Source of the DNA: an uncultured Clostridium sp.
GTDB taxonomy: Bacteria > Bacillota > Clostridia > TANB77 > CAG-508
Length of the DNA stretch: 64,000 nucleotides
Direction of reading: 5' to 3'
Assembly (NCBI GenBank): GCA_964507565.1
Contig: CAZDPV010000002.1
Location: forward strand, 24,879 to 88,878
Shown here: positions 15,501 through 25,134 of the stretch, piece by piece
Position numbering within the stretch: position 1 is the first letter of the stretch
Layout: each line of letters starts with the position of its first letter
Notes under the pieces: model-generated
Told to the model about the DNA's origin: nothing
Database searches by the model: none
The model's input: only the letters and a program-made list of their open reading frames with translations
Program-made: the position numbers and the translations under genes

Positions 15501-18500
15501 ATGAAATAGAGTCGAACGAATATTTCATAAAAGAATATAAAAACAATGAGCTTATTGAAACTAAAAACTTTCAAGAAATAGATGAGAGCAACATAGTAAA
15601 AGATGTAATAAAAGAATTTTGGGTAGATGAAGAAGGAGAATACAAGTTTCAGTTAGTAATAAAGATAAGAAACAGAGAATATATACTAGATACACAAGAA
15701 ATTAAAACTGAAAAAGGAAAAGAAATAAAAGGAATTTATCAATATTCGGATTTTAAGTTGATCCAGCCAAATGGGAACTATACAGTATTTTGTGATTTAG
15801 ATTTTACAGTAGAAAGTAAACAATCATGTTCTTTTGGATATACATGGGACGAAAGATTTTCTTTTAATGGAAGCATAGATTTTAACGGACACAAAATTAT
15901 AAAAGATGCGTATGGAAATAATAGAAGTTGGCCTATATTCCCTAGAATAGGAAAAAACGGATATCTAAAAAATATAGTTATGGATGTAAGCCTAAGAAAT
16001 AATGTAGAAGTAAGAGAATTCTATGGATTATTTTATGTAAACTCTGGAACAATAGAAAATCTAGAAGTTAATTTATTAGAAAGTACAAAATATGGAAATA
16101 TACAAACTCATCTAATAGGTTTAACAAACTATGGAACAATAAATAAATTTGTTATAAATTCAAAGGTACCATACTATGGAAATTGTAGAGTAACACTGGG
16201 ATTGTATAACAATTATGGGACAATTAAAAATGGATACTTATATGGCAGTCCAATTGATGTATTTGGAGATATACCAGAAGAAATTGGATATAGATATGCA
16301 GCTGGACTGGTATTACAATCATATGGAAGTGGACAAATATCAAATGTTTATAGTTTAATAAATGTTAATGTGGAAGACCAAACTACTACTGGAAGAGAAA
16401 ATGTATCTAATATAGTAGAACATAATTACGCACACATAGATAATATTTACTCAGTAGGAACCGGAAATACAATTGAAATGTCACATGGACCATCAGTTGC
16501 ATATAATAATGGAAAAATAAATAATAACTATTACTTTGCAGATAAAGTATTTAATAACTCATATAATAATAAAACTACCAAACTTGCATTATTAGATGAA
16601 CAATTTCAAAATCAAATACTAAATAGTGAAGATGCATTTAATATAGATGATCTTATTTCAAGAGGATATTATCCACAAGTTGTTATGCCAGATTGTATGC
16701 CACGACAGGAATATATCAACCTACCTAAAGTAGATGATGCAGACTTACCAGATATAATTTCAACTAACATAATACAACAAGGCTCAGATACGGTAAAAGT
16801 TAGATTTAGTATAAATAATCCATCTGGAGAAAAAATTCAAAACATAAGTGTACAAAACCTACAAGTAAGAATAGAATCACAAAATTATGCAGATGGAAAA
16901 AGTGAAGTAATAGCAACACTACTAGAACCTACAAAGTATGTATCAACATATAATGTTCTAAGTATAACTACAAAAGGTGCATTCAATATACCATATACTA
17001 GAAAATATGCAAGCAATGAAAGAATAATAAATGTGGATTTATATAGGCAGATAAATTCTATATCAGATTGGAACAATATATCAAACCATACAGATGAAAA
17101 CTTTATGCTACTAACAGATTTAGATTTTAAAAATGAAGGAAGTTCTATATCAATAACTAAAACCTATTATGGAAAATTAGAAGGACAGGGTCACACCATT
17201 AAAAATATAAAGTCAAATAGAGGACTTCTTGCAACATTTACTGGACAAATAAATAATTTATTTATTGAAAATTATTATAATGAATCAGCATCAACAGACT
17301 ATACTGGAGTAATAGAATATTTAAATGGCGGAATAGTAAATAATGTACACATTAAAGGATTAGAGATAGACGTAAATCAAAAAAGAATAGGTGGAACAAT
17401 TACGTGTGGAGGCCTTGTTGGATATACTAATAGTGGCTCAGTAATAAAAAACAGCTCAATTGTAGATGCAACTATTATATCAAATGCAAAACTAGATAAT
17501 GCAAGATTTGGCGGATTAGTAGGATTATCAGACCAACTAGTAATAGATAACTGTTTTGCACAAAATGTAGATATTTCAGCTAATAAAAGTATTTATTATG
17601 AAGGAGTAGGAGGACTAATAGGAAGAGGAACTCCTTGTTACATAACTAATTGCTACTCGACAGGTAAAATTTTTTCAGATGGAGATAGATGTGGAGGAAT
17701 TATCGGAAACAGTAATACAAGCGGAACCCTAACAAATTGCTATAGCTTAGTAAATGTAGATAGTTATGGAGAATATATAGGAGGAATTATTGGATATAAT
17801 CTTACACCAACTTCATGCTTATCTATTGGAAATATTTATACTAGACAAGATACAAAAAACATATCTAGAACATCTGGATATCAAATAAGTAAAAAGATAA
17901 ACTATGCTTATGAGAATCAACTAATAAATGGATATATAAATGAAAATGAATTAGATTCAAATGTACTAAGTAGAGACGAAATATTTAAAAAATCCAATTA
18001 TTTAAGTGAGCTTAAATGGGATGATAATTACAATTATGATGGATTATCTAATTATATACTTCCAAAACTATATTACACAGATAAAAAAGAACTACTACCT
18101 AATCAAGAAGATAATACAATTTCAATAGACAGAGAAATAAAAGTAGAAGAGGTTCAAGCAGAGAAAACAGACGTTAATACTGTTGGTGTAAGAGTTGTAG
18201 TAAATAATCCAGGAAACAAACAAATTAAAAATGTAATAATTGATGACATGAATTCAATAATCTCAAAATCAATTTTTGATAATGGAAAAACTTATATAGA
18301 CTTAGTAACAACGCCTAAAAGATATTATGACAGCTATAAAATCTCAAGCATTGTATATGATGACAATGGAGAAGAAAAATCAAAAGAAACAGAAAATAGA
18401 ATTGATGTTAAATTTTATAAAGAAATATATAACTACAATGACTGGCAATCAATAGAAAAAGATACATTTCAAAATTATAAACTTATGAATGACATTGACT

Positions 18501-21500
18501 TTGAAGGAAAAAGTGAAGTAAATTATAATGTTACAATGGCTAGATTCGAAGCGGTAGGTGATAATAAAACATTAAAAAATATTACATTAGCAGAAATTGA
18601 GCAACAATCTGGACTAATAAACAAAATTTCCATAAATTTAGAAAATATAAATTTCGAAAATATTAACATTACATCTACTAAGTCTGGAAATGCAGTAGGA
18701 ATAATTAGAAAAGCAAGTGGAAATGTAACAAACATCAATTTTAAAGACATAACAATAACCGCAAAAAAAGTTTCTTATGTGGGATGCTTTGCTGTGGTAG
18801 ATTCCGTAACGAAAGATGTTGGACTAGAACACATTACATGCTATGGAATACACTACGTTGGTGGATATGCAGGTTCTGTCTCGAATTTAGGAAAAAATAT
18901 AAATGGAAACAACATCACGATTATTTCAACAGGAAATTATGTCGGTGGAATAGTTGGACTAAATGGTAATGGAATAGAGCCAAATCATTATAACATAAAT
19001 ATAAGTAATTCAAATGTTACAGGATATGATGTTGTTGGTGGACTTGCTGGACAATCTCCTAATATAATGGGTGCGAAAGCTACTTTTGTAACAGTAAATG
19101 GACATAGCAATGTTGGAGGAATGTATGGATATATATATGACTCTTGGGATGGATATAGCAATATTGTAACGGATTCAAATATAGCAGGTTCAGGTTCAAA
19201 TATTGGTGGATTAGCAGGACAATCAACAGACTGGTGGGGAGGAATTAGAACTGTTAAAAACAGTACTGTTACGGGTAAAAATTCAGGATCAAACAACGTG
19301 GGAGGAATCTTTGGATACTCAACAGGAGCATGTAATGCTATGAATACAATAGATGTAACTGTTACAACATTAGGAAGCAATGTAGGTGGAATTATAGGAA
19401 ACTGGAATAGATCGAATTCAACATCTGGATACTGGAGTACAGATAATGTAACGCTAACAGGATATTCAAATGTAGGAGGTTTGGTTGGTTATCATAAAGC
19501 AGGAAGAATAAATTATGCATATAGTAATGCAAAAGTAACAGCAACAGGGTATGCAGCAGGAGGAATATCTGGATATTTGGCCAATACTGGAATGACAGCA
19601 ATAACAAATGATACAGCAATAGTACAAGTTTATGTAGCTAAATCTACTGTAATTGCTCCAATAAATGCAGGAGGAATATTTGGAAAAGTTGAAACAGACT
19701 TTTATATGCCAGTATCTTTATATACTAAAATATTTGTAGAAGCCAACGTAAAATCAAATTATGACACGACATCTTCAATGATTGTGGGTTCAGACAAGAC
19801 AATGAATAGTCAATTATCAAAAATATACATCTACCAATACAGCAAGATAAATGAAAATTACATTACAAAATATAACGACAATATAGAAGCAAATAATTTC
19901 TTAAATGAAAGTAATTTAAAGCTAGCAAAAACATATTCTTCAACACTAGGATTTAATACAGGGGTATTTAATACGAATATGTTATCAAGTAATATTTATC
20001 CAACAATAAAATATGGTAGAGATGGAAATACAATGGAGCAAAGAGGAATTTCATTGCCAATGGATCCAGTAGACGTAGTTATAAATTTAGAAGAAATACA
20101 AACAATGGATTTGAAAGAAGATGAATATCCACTTATGGTAGCATCTAATTTCTTAATTAACTTAAATACTGAAAACGACCAAAAAGTGAATAACTTACCA
20201 ACGTATAGTGCATATCCAATAAGTGTAAATGAGTTTAATATAGATTTTAGTAAAATAGACGAAAATGCTTTCTTTGAATGCTATGTAAATGGTAGAAGTG
20301 CTGTAAAACAATATATAAAAAATAAAACATATACATTTAAATATGACTTTAAAACTAATATTGAAATCAATATAGGAAAAGATGATGTGGTAAAAACATT
20401 AACAATTATACCAAGTGATATAAATAAACGAACAAGTTTAAAGGGAGAAAGCATTGCATATATAAATGAAAATAAATTATATGTAAATAATGAGGAAAAA
20501 AGTGAACAATCTGTAAACTTATATGATTCCCAAGCTTTAACGAACAATGGAAAGATATACAACATATTAACTGGTGAGTATACAAATAGCAATGAAAAAA
20601 CAAATACTACAAGCATAGATGAAGAGAGCCAAAACAATAATGTTCAAAACACATTAGCATTAGAAGAAACTAAAGCGTTAGAAAAATACCAATATGATGG
20701 AAATAATATTGAAAGCTTTGGAACGTACAGCATAGTAAATGGCAATAGAAAGTCACAAATTTATATAGTAAAAAACAACAAGTTATCAGTGATAGATAGC
20801 TCATTAGATATCAAAATTTCAAACCAAGTAATTGATTTCTACAATGGAAAAGAATATCAATCAGTACTAAAAAAAGATGGAAAGATAAACAATTTAAAAG
20901 AAAGTCTAAAATATCCTAAAAATTTTAATAATAGTACAATAAAAGAAATAACAATGAATCAAGAAGAAGAAAGAAAAGAAGTAATGGTACTATATGAAAA
21001 CGGAAAGGTCATAGTATTCAATTACATGGATGGAAATGAAAAATACAATAATAATGTGAAAGAAGAAGTAAGTTTATTAGACTTTTTAAAAGAAAATTTG
21101 TTTAATGCAAATATGATATATGAAGACTTATCAGAAGAATATGAACAATGCAAACAAGTACAAGAAAAGCTAGAAGAAACTCCAATAAGTGAGCTAAACA
21201 TAAATTCGAGTTCAAATAATAGTTCATCTAATGCAACATCAAGTGGATCAAACAATAATAAAACAAATAAATACACTACAATGTACAATGCAACAAGCAA
21301 AAAATATGAAGTATATAATGAAAATGAACTATTAACAAGCAAAGAAGAGGTACCAGAATCAGAAACTACTAAGATTGAAAAAACAGAATTATTATCTAAA
21401 TATTATCTAAGTGGAATAAAAGAAAAATCAAATTCTAATAAAAATAATGGTACGGTTTGGATAATATCAACAATAATTGGAATTTTAATAATTCTCATAA

Positions 21501-21562
21501 TATTATACAAAGTAAACAACAGAAAAAGAATAGCAATTAAAAAAAATACAAATAAAAAATAA
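12506..21562 (+). CDS. Giant (3018 aa) envelope protein with TM helices at both termini, FN3-like repeats, a CBM-like jelly-roll and GLUG-motif beta-helix arrays
   Basis: CAGGAG RBS. N-terminal TM (IPMFLIVSIGLLIILLVALYYIF, about nt 12584-12652). FN3-like signatures include MPDSKYSITGEY, LDPNKFYVIKIFGDY, LNSNTKYSIEVETRA and SSGKTYKILFYA. A CBM-like segment spans about 15060-15450. F-x-G-x-(L/F)-x-G-x-G-H-x-I-x-N modules are present (FNGSIDFNGHKIIKD, YYGKLEGQGHTIKNI). About 10 consecutive x-V-G-G-(L/I)-x-G repeats span about 18850-19690. An S/N-rich linker precedes the C-terminal TM VWIISTIIGILIILIILY (21455-21508), which is followed by a basic tail. There is no LPXTG and no HEXXH. Confidence 0.85.
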   Translation: MNKNEIKDKPKLHKKGKIANLIRSNIPMFLIVSIGLLIILLVALYYIFMHFAPVYVIEKSGYAVKDKLIYQGLQTSNFSSAEKRVSLLEISEEDTLYKKINSYYIGGNSKKAINLNYPIYLEDSAMLNLSKEMNLITNSFEEVGGYPNFTIIDGKMYNEKDLTRADSNEYIFLKNKENLFVNIKEIYIKTSTNEYKIPINSIINFNKEFVSYYKLQDKDNLEYSVIQDIDLSSIITINNESDNYENILKKLKIIQEEKKQDVIVNEIEEPVKNETPKNEITENKEEEKTDDEEKKYIAPEVKCTDFTANVYTAKTNLYISDPSGTIQKAVEFTIYKDGKVYQRAQTLVGGNILISGLMPDSKYSITGEYTYKKESGEKVIKTFYEGTFNTNRLETLETINLEFENGEIFPTKIEIKDLKINNDLYNDEVLYGISKIVLDTGKSKYNLRASQIKELLNGNKITYQTDQNITSNSNIKYKFHIYDKFENELSVSNSEGETITSKRAPTLVLNAKSQNITEVNVGIKVNNKDNVIIENYKYAIYDGEGKEVESQNLKSLPSEIKIRDLDPNKFYVIKIFGDYDLENNQGKTYNVELGEAKFTTLPISSLGYVYIDDNLKDIKSNQTTISIKINTEKTDTRLVEILSQFNIKIKSNKDNKDTQDYNLSNEDLLKIKQGNEFEYIFQNLNSNTKYSIEVETRAKQGASTEKVGVNFEITDFITLKESASVQIKNQFVTGEIIDFDAKIVDKDEAVLNNSVRMELRDEMDKLLSIEDMKTNEEYKRETFNKLSSGKTYKILFYADEYNEGSKDDTYKSNYLLKKIQVVTEEGISGNLRLSELNKKENGKNLIDMASEVKWYVYPNFDTGDWYGKEYNEVTETLSIGGHGNSRRCVYDLTDYSGQTVTMSFKAKRITKNSSTLYIQNARTDKNRTIVSDINETEWKSYSYTIKLDESGYLGFYVQGGDGVQIKELQVELGSKQTPYQKYKYNMRTRLQVNLIDKRNEIESNEYFIKEYKNNELIETKNFQEIDESNIVKDVIKEFWVDEEGEYKFQLVIKIRNREYILDTQEIKTEKGKEIKGIYQYSDFKLIQPNGNYTVFCDLDFTVESKQSCSFGYTWDERFSFNGSIDFNGHKIIKDAYGNNRSWPIFPRIGKNGYLKNIVMDVSLRNNVEVREFYGLFYVNSGTIENLEVNLLESTKYGNIQTHLIGLTNYGTINKFVINSKVPYYGNCRVTLGLYNNYGTIKNGYLYGSPIDVFGDIPEEIGYRYAAGLVLQSYGSGQISNVYSLINVNVEDQTTTGRENVSNIVEHNYAHIDNIYSVGTGNTIEMSHGPSVAYNNGKINNNYYFADKVFNNSYNNKTTKLALLDEQFQNQILNSEDAFNIDDLISRGYYPQVVMPDCMPRQEYINLPKVDDADLPDIISTNIIQQGSDTVKVRFSINNPSGEKIQNISVQNLQVRIESQNYADGKSEVIATLLEPTKYVSTYNVLSITTKGAFNIPYTRKYASNERIINVDLYRQINSISDWNNISNHTDENFMLLTDLDFKNEGSSISITKTYYGKLEGQGHTIKNIKSNRGLLATFTGQINNLFIENYYNESASTDYTGVIEYLNGGIVNNVHIKGLEIDVNQKRIGGTITCGGLVGYTNSGSVIKNSSIVDATIISNAKLDNARFGGLVGLSDQLVIDNCFAQNVDISANKSIYYEGVGGLIGRGTPCYITNCYSTGKIFSDGDRCGGIIGNSNTSGTLTNCYSLVNVDSYGEYIGGIIGYNLTPTSCLSIGNIYTRQDTKNISRTSGYQISKKINYAYENQLINGYINENELDSNVLSRDEIFKKSNYLSELKWDDNYNYDGLSNYILPKLYYTDKKELLPNQEDNTISIDREIKVEEVQAEKTDVNTVGVRVVVNNPGNKQIKNVIIDDMNSIISKSIFDNGKTYIDLVTTPKRYYDSYKISSIVYDDNGEEKSKETENRIDVKFYKEIYNYNDWQSIEKDTFQNYKLMNDIDFEGKSEVNYNVTMARFEAVGDNKTLKNITLAEIEQQSGLINKISINLENINFENINITSTKSGNAVGIIRKASGNVTNINFKDITITAKKVSYVGCFAVVDSVTKDVGLEHITCYGIHYVGGYAGSVSNLGKNINGNNITIISTGNYVGGIVGLNGNGIEPNHYNINISNSNVTGYDVVGGLAGQSPNIMGAKATFVTVNGHSNVGGMYGYIYDSWDGYSNIVTDSNIAGSGSNIGGLAGQSTDWWGGIRTVKNSTVTGKNSGSNNVGGIFGYSTGACNAMNTIDVTVTTLGSNVGGIIGNWNRSNSTSGYWSTDNVTLTGYSNVGGLVGYHKAGRINYAYSNAKVTATGYAAGGISGYLANTGMTAITNDTAIVQVYVAKSTVIAPINAGGIFGKVETDFYMPVSLYTKIFVEANVKSNYDTTSSMIVGSDKTMNSQLSKIYIYQYSKINENYITKYNDNIEANNFLNESNLKLAKTYSSTLGFNTGVFNTNMLSSNIYPTIKYGRDGNTMEQRGISLPMDPVDVVINLEEIQTMDLKEDEYPLMVASNFLINLNTENDQKVNNLPTYSAYPISVNEFNIDFSKIDENAFFECYVNGRSAVKQYIKNKTYTFKYDFKTNIEINIGKDDVVKTLTIIPSDINKRTSLKGESIAYINENKLYVNNEEKSEQSVNLYDSQALTNNGKIYNILTGEYTNSNEKTNTTSIDEESQNNNVQNTLALEETKALEKYQYDGNNIESFGTYSIVNGNRKSQIYIVKNNKLSVIDSSLDIKISNQVIDFYNGKEYQSVLKKDGKINNLKESLKYPKNFNNSTIKEITMNQEEERKEVMVLYENGKVIVFNYMDGNEKYNNNVKEEVSLLDFLKENLFNANMIYEDLSEEYEQCKQVQEKLEETPISELNINSSSNNSSSNATSSGSNNNKTNKYTTMYNATSKKYEVYNENELLTSKEEVPESETTKIEKTELLSKYYLSGIKEKSNSNKNNGTVWIISTIIGILIILIILYKVNNRKRIAIKKNTNKK

Positions 21563-21579
21563 AGAATATATAAAAAACG

Positions 21580-21608
21580 TTGACATAAGCAACAAAAAAA
21601 TGTATAAT
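21580..21608 (+). promoter_or_regulatory. Sigma-A type promoter of the thrS leader
   Basis: TTGACA (21580-21585), a 17-nt spacer, then TATAAT (21603-21608). This is the first clear promoter after the long upstream gene array. Confidence 0.65.
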
Positions 21609-21614
21609 AAAAAT

Positions 21615-21856
21615 AGTTTAAGAAAGCTAATGGAAGGAAAAGTAAAGTAAAAGTTACTTATAAGAGAAAATTAGTCGTGGGCTGAAAGCTAATTTAAGCA
21701 AACATACTTGAAAAACTACCTTCAAAAAGTGCTAGTGAGTAAGCTAGACGTTTAAGCTACGTTATAAGCTATAAAAATAAGTGAAAAATCCGGGTGGAAC
21801 CGTACTAAATAAAGTACCCCAGAACATATCTTTTTAGATATGTTCTGTTTTTTATT
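21615..21856 (+). promoter_or_regulatory. T-box riboswitch leader (threonine specifier) with terminator/antiterminator
   Basis: Stem I elements are present (AGAGA box in taagagaaaa; gggctgaaag GNUGA-like). The specifier region gaaaaACUACCuuc contains Thr codons ACU/ACC. A T-box sequence aatccGGGTGGaACCGtac lies at about 21788-21806. An intrinsic terminator follows: agaacatatc (21821-21830) pairs with gatatgttct (21837-21846), then a T-run. Confidence 0.8.
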
Positions 21857-21898
21857 TTATAAAGACTATCTAGATTTGTAAGAAGAAAGGAAAATATT

Positions 21899-23824
21899 AT
21901 GATTAAAGTAACTTTAAAAGATGGCTCTTGTAGAGAAGCTCAAAATGGAATATCAGTATGTGATTTTGCTAAATCTATTAGTGAAGGATTAGCAAGAATG
22001 GCAACATGTGCAAGGATAGATGGAAAGGTTGTAGATTTAAGAACAAAAATAGAATCTGACTGCAAGCTAGAAGTATTAACTTTTGACTCAGATTTAGATG
22101 GACAAAAAGCTTATTGGCATACAACATCACACATTATGGCTCAAGCAGTTAAACATTTATTTCCAGATACAAAATTCGCAATTGGACCTGCTATTGATGA
22201 TGGAGGTTTTTACTACGATTTCGATACAACAGAAAATTTTACAGAAGATGATAAATTAAAAATAGAAGAAGAAATGAAAAAAATTATTAAGGAAGACTTG
22301 CCAATTGAAAGATTTGAACTACCAAAAGAAGAAGCTTTAAAACTTATGGAAGGGCAACAATATAAACAAGAACTTATAAATGACTTAGCAGATGATGTAA
22401 CTATTTCATTCTATAAACAGGGAGATTTTACAGACCTTTGCGCAGGACCACACTTAATGAGTACAGGAAAAGTTAAAGCAGTTAAATTACTATCTAATTC
22501 AGGAGCATATTGGAGAGGAAATGAGCATAACAAAATGCTACAAAGAATTTATGCAATATCATTCCCTAAACAAAGTGAACTTGATGAATATATGCAAAAA
22601 TTAGAAGATGCTAAAGAAAGAGATCACAGAAAAATAGGAAAAGATTTAAACTTATTTATGACACATAAATTAGTAGGCTCAGGATTTCCAATGTATTTAC
22701 CAGATGGAGCAACTATAAGAAGACTTTTAGAAAGATATATTCAAGATAAGGAAATTGCTTTAGGATATGAACATGTGTATACTCCATCTTTAGCAACTAC
22801 AGAATTATACAAAACAAGTGGACACTGGGACCATTATAAAGATGATATGTTCCCTATTATGAAAATGGACAATGAAGAATTGGTTTTAAGACCAATGAAC
22901 TGTCCTCATCATATGTTAATTTATAAAAACAGTTTACACTCATATAAGGATTTACCAATTAGAATTGGAGAACTAGCACATGATTTTAGATACGAAAATA
23001 GCGGAGCTGTTTGCGGTCTAGAAAGAGTTCGTGAAATGTGTCAAAATGATGCACATTTATTTGTAAGGCCAGACCAAATAAAATCAGAAGTTGGAAATGT
23101 AGTTAAATTGATTTTATCAGTTTACAAAGATTTTGGATTTAAAGATTACAAATTCAGATTATCATTAAGAGACAAAAAAGATAAAGTTAAATATATAGAC
23201 GATGATGAAATGTGGGAAACAGCAGAAAGTCAGCTAAGAGAAATATTAAATGAACTTGGACTAGACTTTTATGAAGCAGAAGGAGAAGCAGCATTCTATG
23301 GACCTAAATTAGATGTACAAATTAAATCTGCTTTAGGACATGATGTAACAGTTTCAACTTGTCAATTAGACTTTGCACTTCCTGAAAGATTTGAATTAAC
23401 ATATATAGGAGAAGATGGAAAAGAGCATAGACCAGTTGTAATTCATAGAGCTATCCTAGGAACACTTGACAGATTTATGGCATTTTTAATAGAAGAAACT
23501 AAGGGAGCATTACCACTATGGCTTGCACCACATCAAGTAAAAATACTTCCAGTTTCTGATAAGCATTTAGAATACGCTCAATTATTGAAAGAAAAAATGG
23601 TTAAAGAGAAAATTCGTGTTACAGTTGATGATAGAAACGAAAAAATAGGATATAAGATACGTGAAGCACAACTTTCAAAAGTACCATATATGCTAATAGT
23701 AGGAGACAAGGAAGCCCAATCTAATACAGTTTCTGTAAGAGATAGAAAGCAAGGAGATTTAGGACAAATGGCTTCAAGTGAGTTTATTGAAAAAATTACA
23801 AAAGAAATTAAAACAATAAATTAA
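21899..23824 (+). CDS. thrS: Threonine--tRNA ligase (full length: TGS, editing, class II core, anticodon-binding domains)
   Basis: 641 aa. Contains HTTSHIMAQAV (editing/second additional domain). Class II motifs include RPMNCPHHMLIY, FRYENSGAVCGLERVREMCQNDAHLF and VIHRAILGTLDRF. It is preceded by a Thr T-box. Confidence 0.97.
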   Translation: MIKVTLKDGSCREAQNGISVCDFAKSISEGLARMATCARIDGKVVDLRTKIESDCKLEVLTFDSDLDGQKAYWHTTSHIMAQAVKHLFPDTKFAIGPAIDDGGFYYDFDTTENFTEDDKLKIEEEMKKIIKEDLPIERFELPKEEALKLMEGQQYKQELINDLADDVTISFYKQGDFTDLCAGPHLMSTGKVKAVKLLSNSGAYWRGNEHNKMLQRIYAISFPKQSELDEYMQKLEDAKERDHRKIGKDLNLFMTHKLVGSGFPMYLPDGATIRRLLERYIQDKEIALGYEHVYTPSLATTELYKTSGHWDHYKDDMFPIMKMDNEELVLRPMNCPHHMLIYKNSLHSYKDLPIRIGELAHDFRYENSGAVCGLERVREMCQNDAHLFVRPDQIKSEVGNVVKLILSVYKDFGFKDYKFRLSLRDKKDKVKYIDDDEMWETAESQLREILNELGLDFYEAEGEAAFYGPKLDVQIKSALGHDVTVSTCQLDFALPERFELTYIGEDGKEHRPVVIHRAILGTLDRFMAFLIEETKGALPLWLAPHQVKILPVSDKHLEYAQLLKEKMVKEKIRVTVDDRNEKIGYKIREAQLSKVPYMLIVGDKEAQSNTVSVRDRKQGDLGQMASSEFIEKITKEIKTIN

Positions 23825-23850
23825 AACTGTAAGACAAAACATATTTATTA

Positions 23851-23890
23851 AAACAGTATTTTTAGAAAATACTGTTTTTTTTTATTTTTT
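23851..23890 (+). terminator. Intrinsic terminator after thrS
   Basis: aaacagtatt (23851-23860) pairs with aatactgttt (23868-23877), followed by a long T-run. Confidence 0.75.
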
Positions 23891-23931
23891 AATGATATAA
23901 TTTTATAAAATATAGGAAAAGGAATTGTATT

Positions 23932-25134
23932 ATGGAAACAACGGAAATAAATAAATTAGGAAAAGAACTAGAGCTATATAAAACAGTAGATTATATTGGA
24001 AAGGGATTCCCAATAATTTTGCCCAGAGGAGCTAAAATACTAAAAATAATTAAAGATTATGTTGAACAAGAAGAAGAAAAAGAAGGGTATAAAATTGTAC
24101 AAACTCCTAGCGTCTCAAATGCAGAAATATATATAATAGAAGACAGATTTGAAAATGAAAAAGATGAAATGTTTATAATAAAAAATAATGAATCAGATAA
24201 TGATTGCGATGAAAAGTCAACAAACCAAATAGTATTAAGACCATATGTACAACCGTTTCATTGTAGTATTTATAAATCAAAACAATATAGTTATAAAGAA
24301 TTACCAGTAAAGTTTAGTGAAACATCAACAGTATTTAGAAATGAAAGAGATATAAAAGGAATAACTAGAACAAGGCAGATAACTATGTCTGATGCAAGTA
24401 TATATTCTACACCTGAAAAAATAGAAAAAACTATTAGAGAAGCAATTATGATGCAACAAAGATTTATAAAGAAGCTAAATTTAGATGTAGAATATGTAAT
24501 AGAAACATGGAATGATACAAAAAAAGAAGAATATATTGGAAATATTGAAGAATGGGACTTTCTTACAGAAAGTATGAAATCTGCGTTAAATAGCTTAAAT
24601 ATAGAATATAAAGAAAAAGAAAATGCAAAAATGTATGGACCAACAATAAAAATATTATATAATAAAAAATACTTTTCAAGCTTACAAATTGACTTTGAAA
24701 TTACCCATAGATTTAATTTAAAATATATTAGCGAAAATAATGAGGAAAAATTCCCAGTATATATGCACTTAACATTTGTTGGAAGTTATGAAAATATGCT
24801 TGGCATTCTCTTAGAAAAATACAAGGGTACTTTTCCACTGTGGTTATCACCAACGCAAATTATGATAATAGACGAAGGTGAAGAATTTGATGACTATGCT
24901 GATAATCTGAAAAATGAATTTATAAAAAATGGATTAAGAGCAGAAACAGACAATTCAAGTAATAGCAGTCAAAACAAAATAGGAAAAGCGGTAGACTTTA
25001 AAATACCATATATAGTAACTATTGGAAAGAAAGAATTAAACCAAAATACAATAAAAATTCACGGAGTAGATAAACCATACAAAATAGAAGAATTTATAGA
25101 GGAGGTTCTAAATTGCAACAAGATTCAAAAGTAA
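23932..25134 (+). CDS. Truncated, degenerate ThrRS paralogue (class II core plus anticodon-binding domain only)
   Basis: 400 aa, collinear with thrS residues about 242-641. Conserved blocks include FPIILPRGAKI, LRPYVQPFHCSIY, FRNERDIKGITRTRQ and GTFPLWLSPTQI. The N-terminal TGS and editing domains are absent, and several catalytic and zinc positions are substituted (see finding). Confidence 0.8.
   Translation: METTEINKLGKELELYKTVDYIGKGFPIILPRGAKILKIIKDYVEQEEEKEGYKIVQTPSVSNAEIYIIEDRFENEKDEMFIIKNNESDNDCDEKSTNQIVLRPYVQPFHCSIYKSKQYSYKELPVKFSETSTVFRNERDIKGITRTRQITMSDASIYSTPEKIEKTIREAIMMQQRFIKKLNLDVEYVIETWNDTKKEEYIGNIEEWDFLTESMKSALNSLNIEYKEKENAKMYGPTIKILYNKKYFSSLQIDFEITHRFNLKYISENNEEKFPVYMHLTFVGSYENMLGILLEKYKGTFPLWLSPTQIMIIDEGEEFDDYADNLKNEFIKNGLRAETDNSSNSSQNKIGKAVDFKIPYIVTIGKKELNQNTIKIHGVDKPYKIEEFIEEVLNCNKIQK

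Noticed and set aside
18784-19619. Short ORFs on both strands (18784-18969 +, 18988-19380 -, 19392-19619 -) inside the giant gene
   Set aside because: These are alternative frames of the repetitive GLUG (GGT GGA ...) region of the 3018-aa ORF. No independent support exists.
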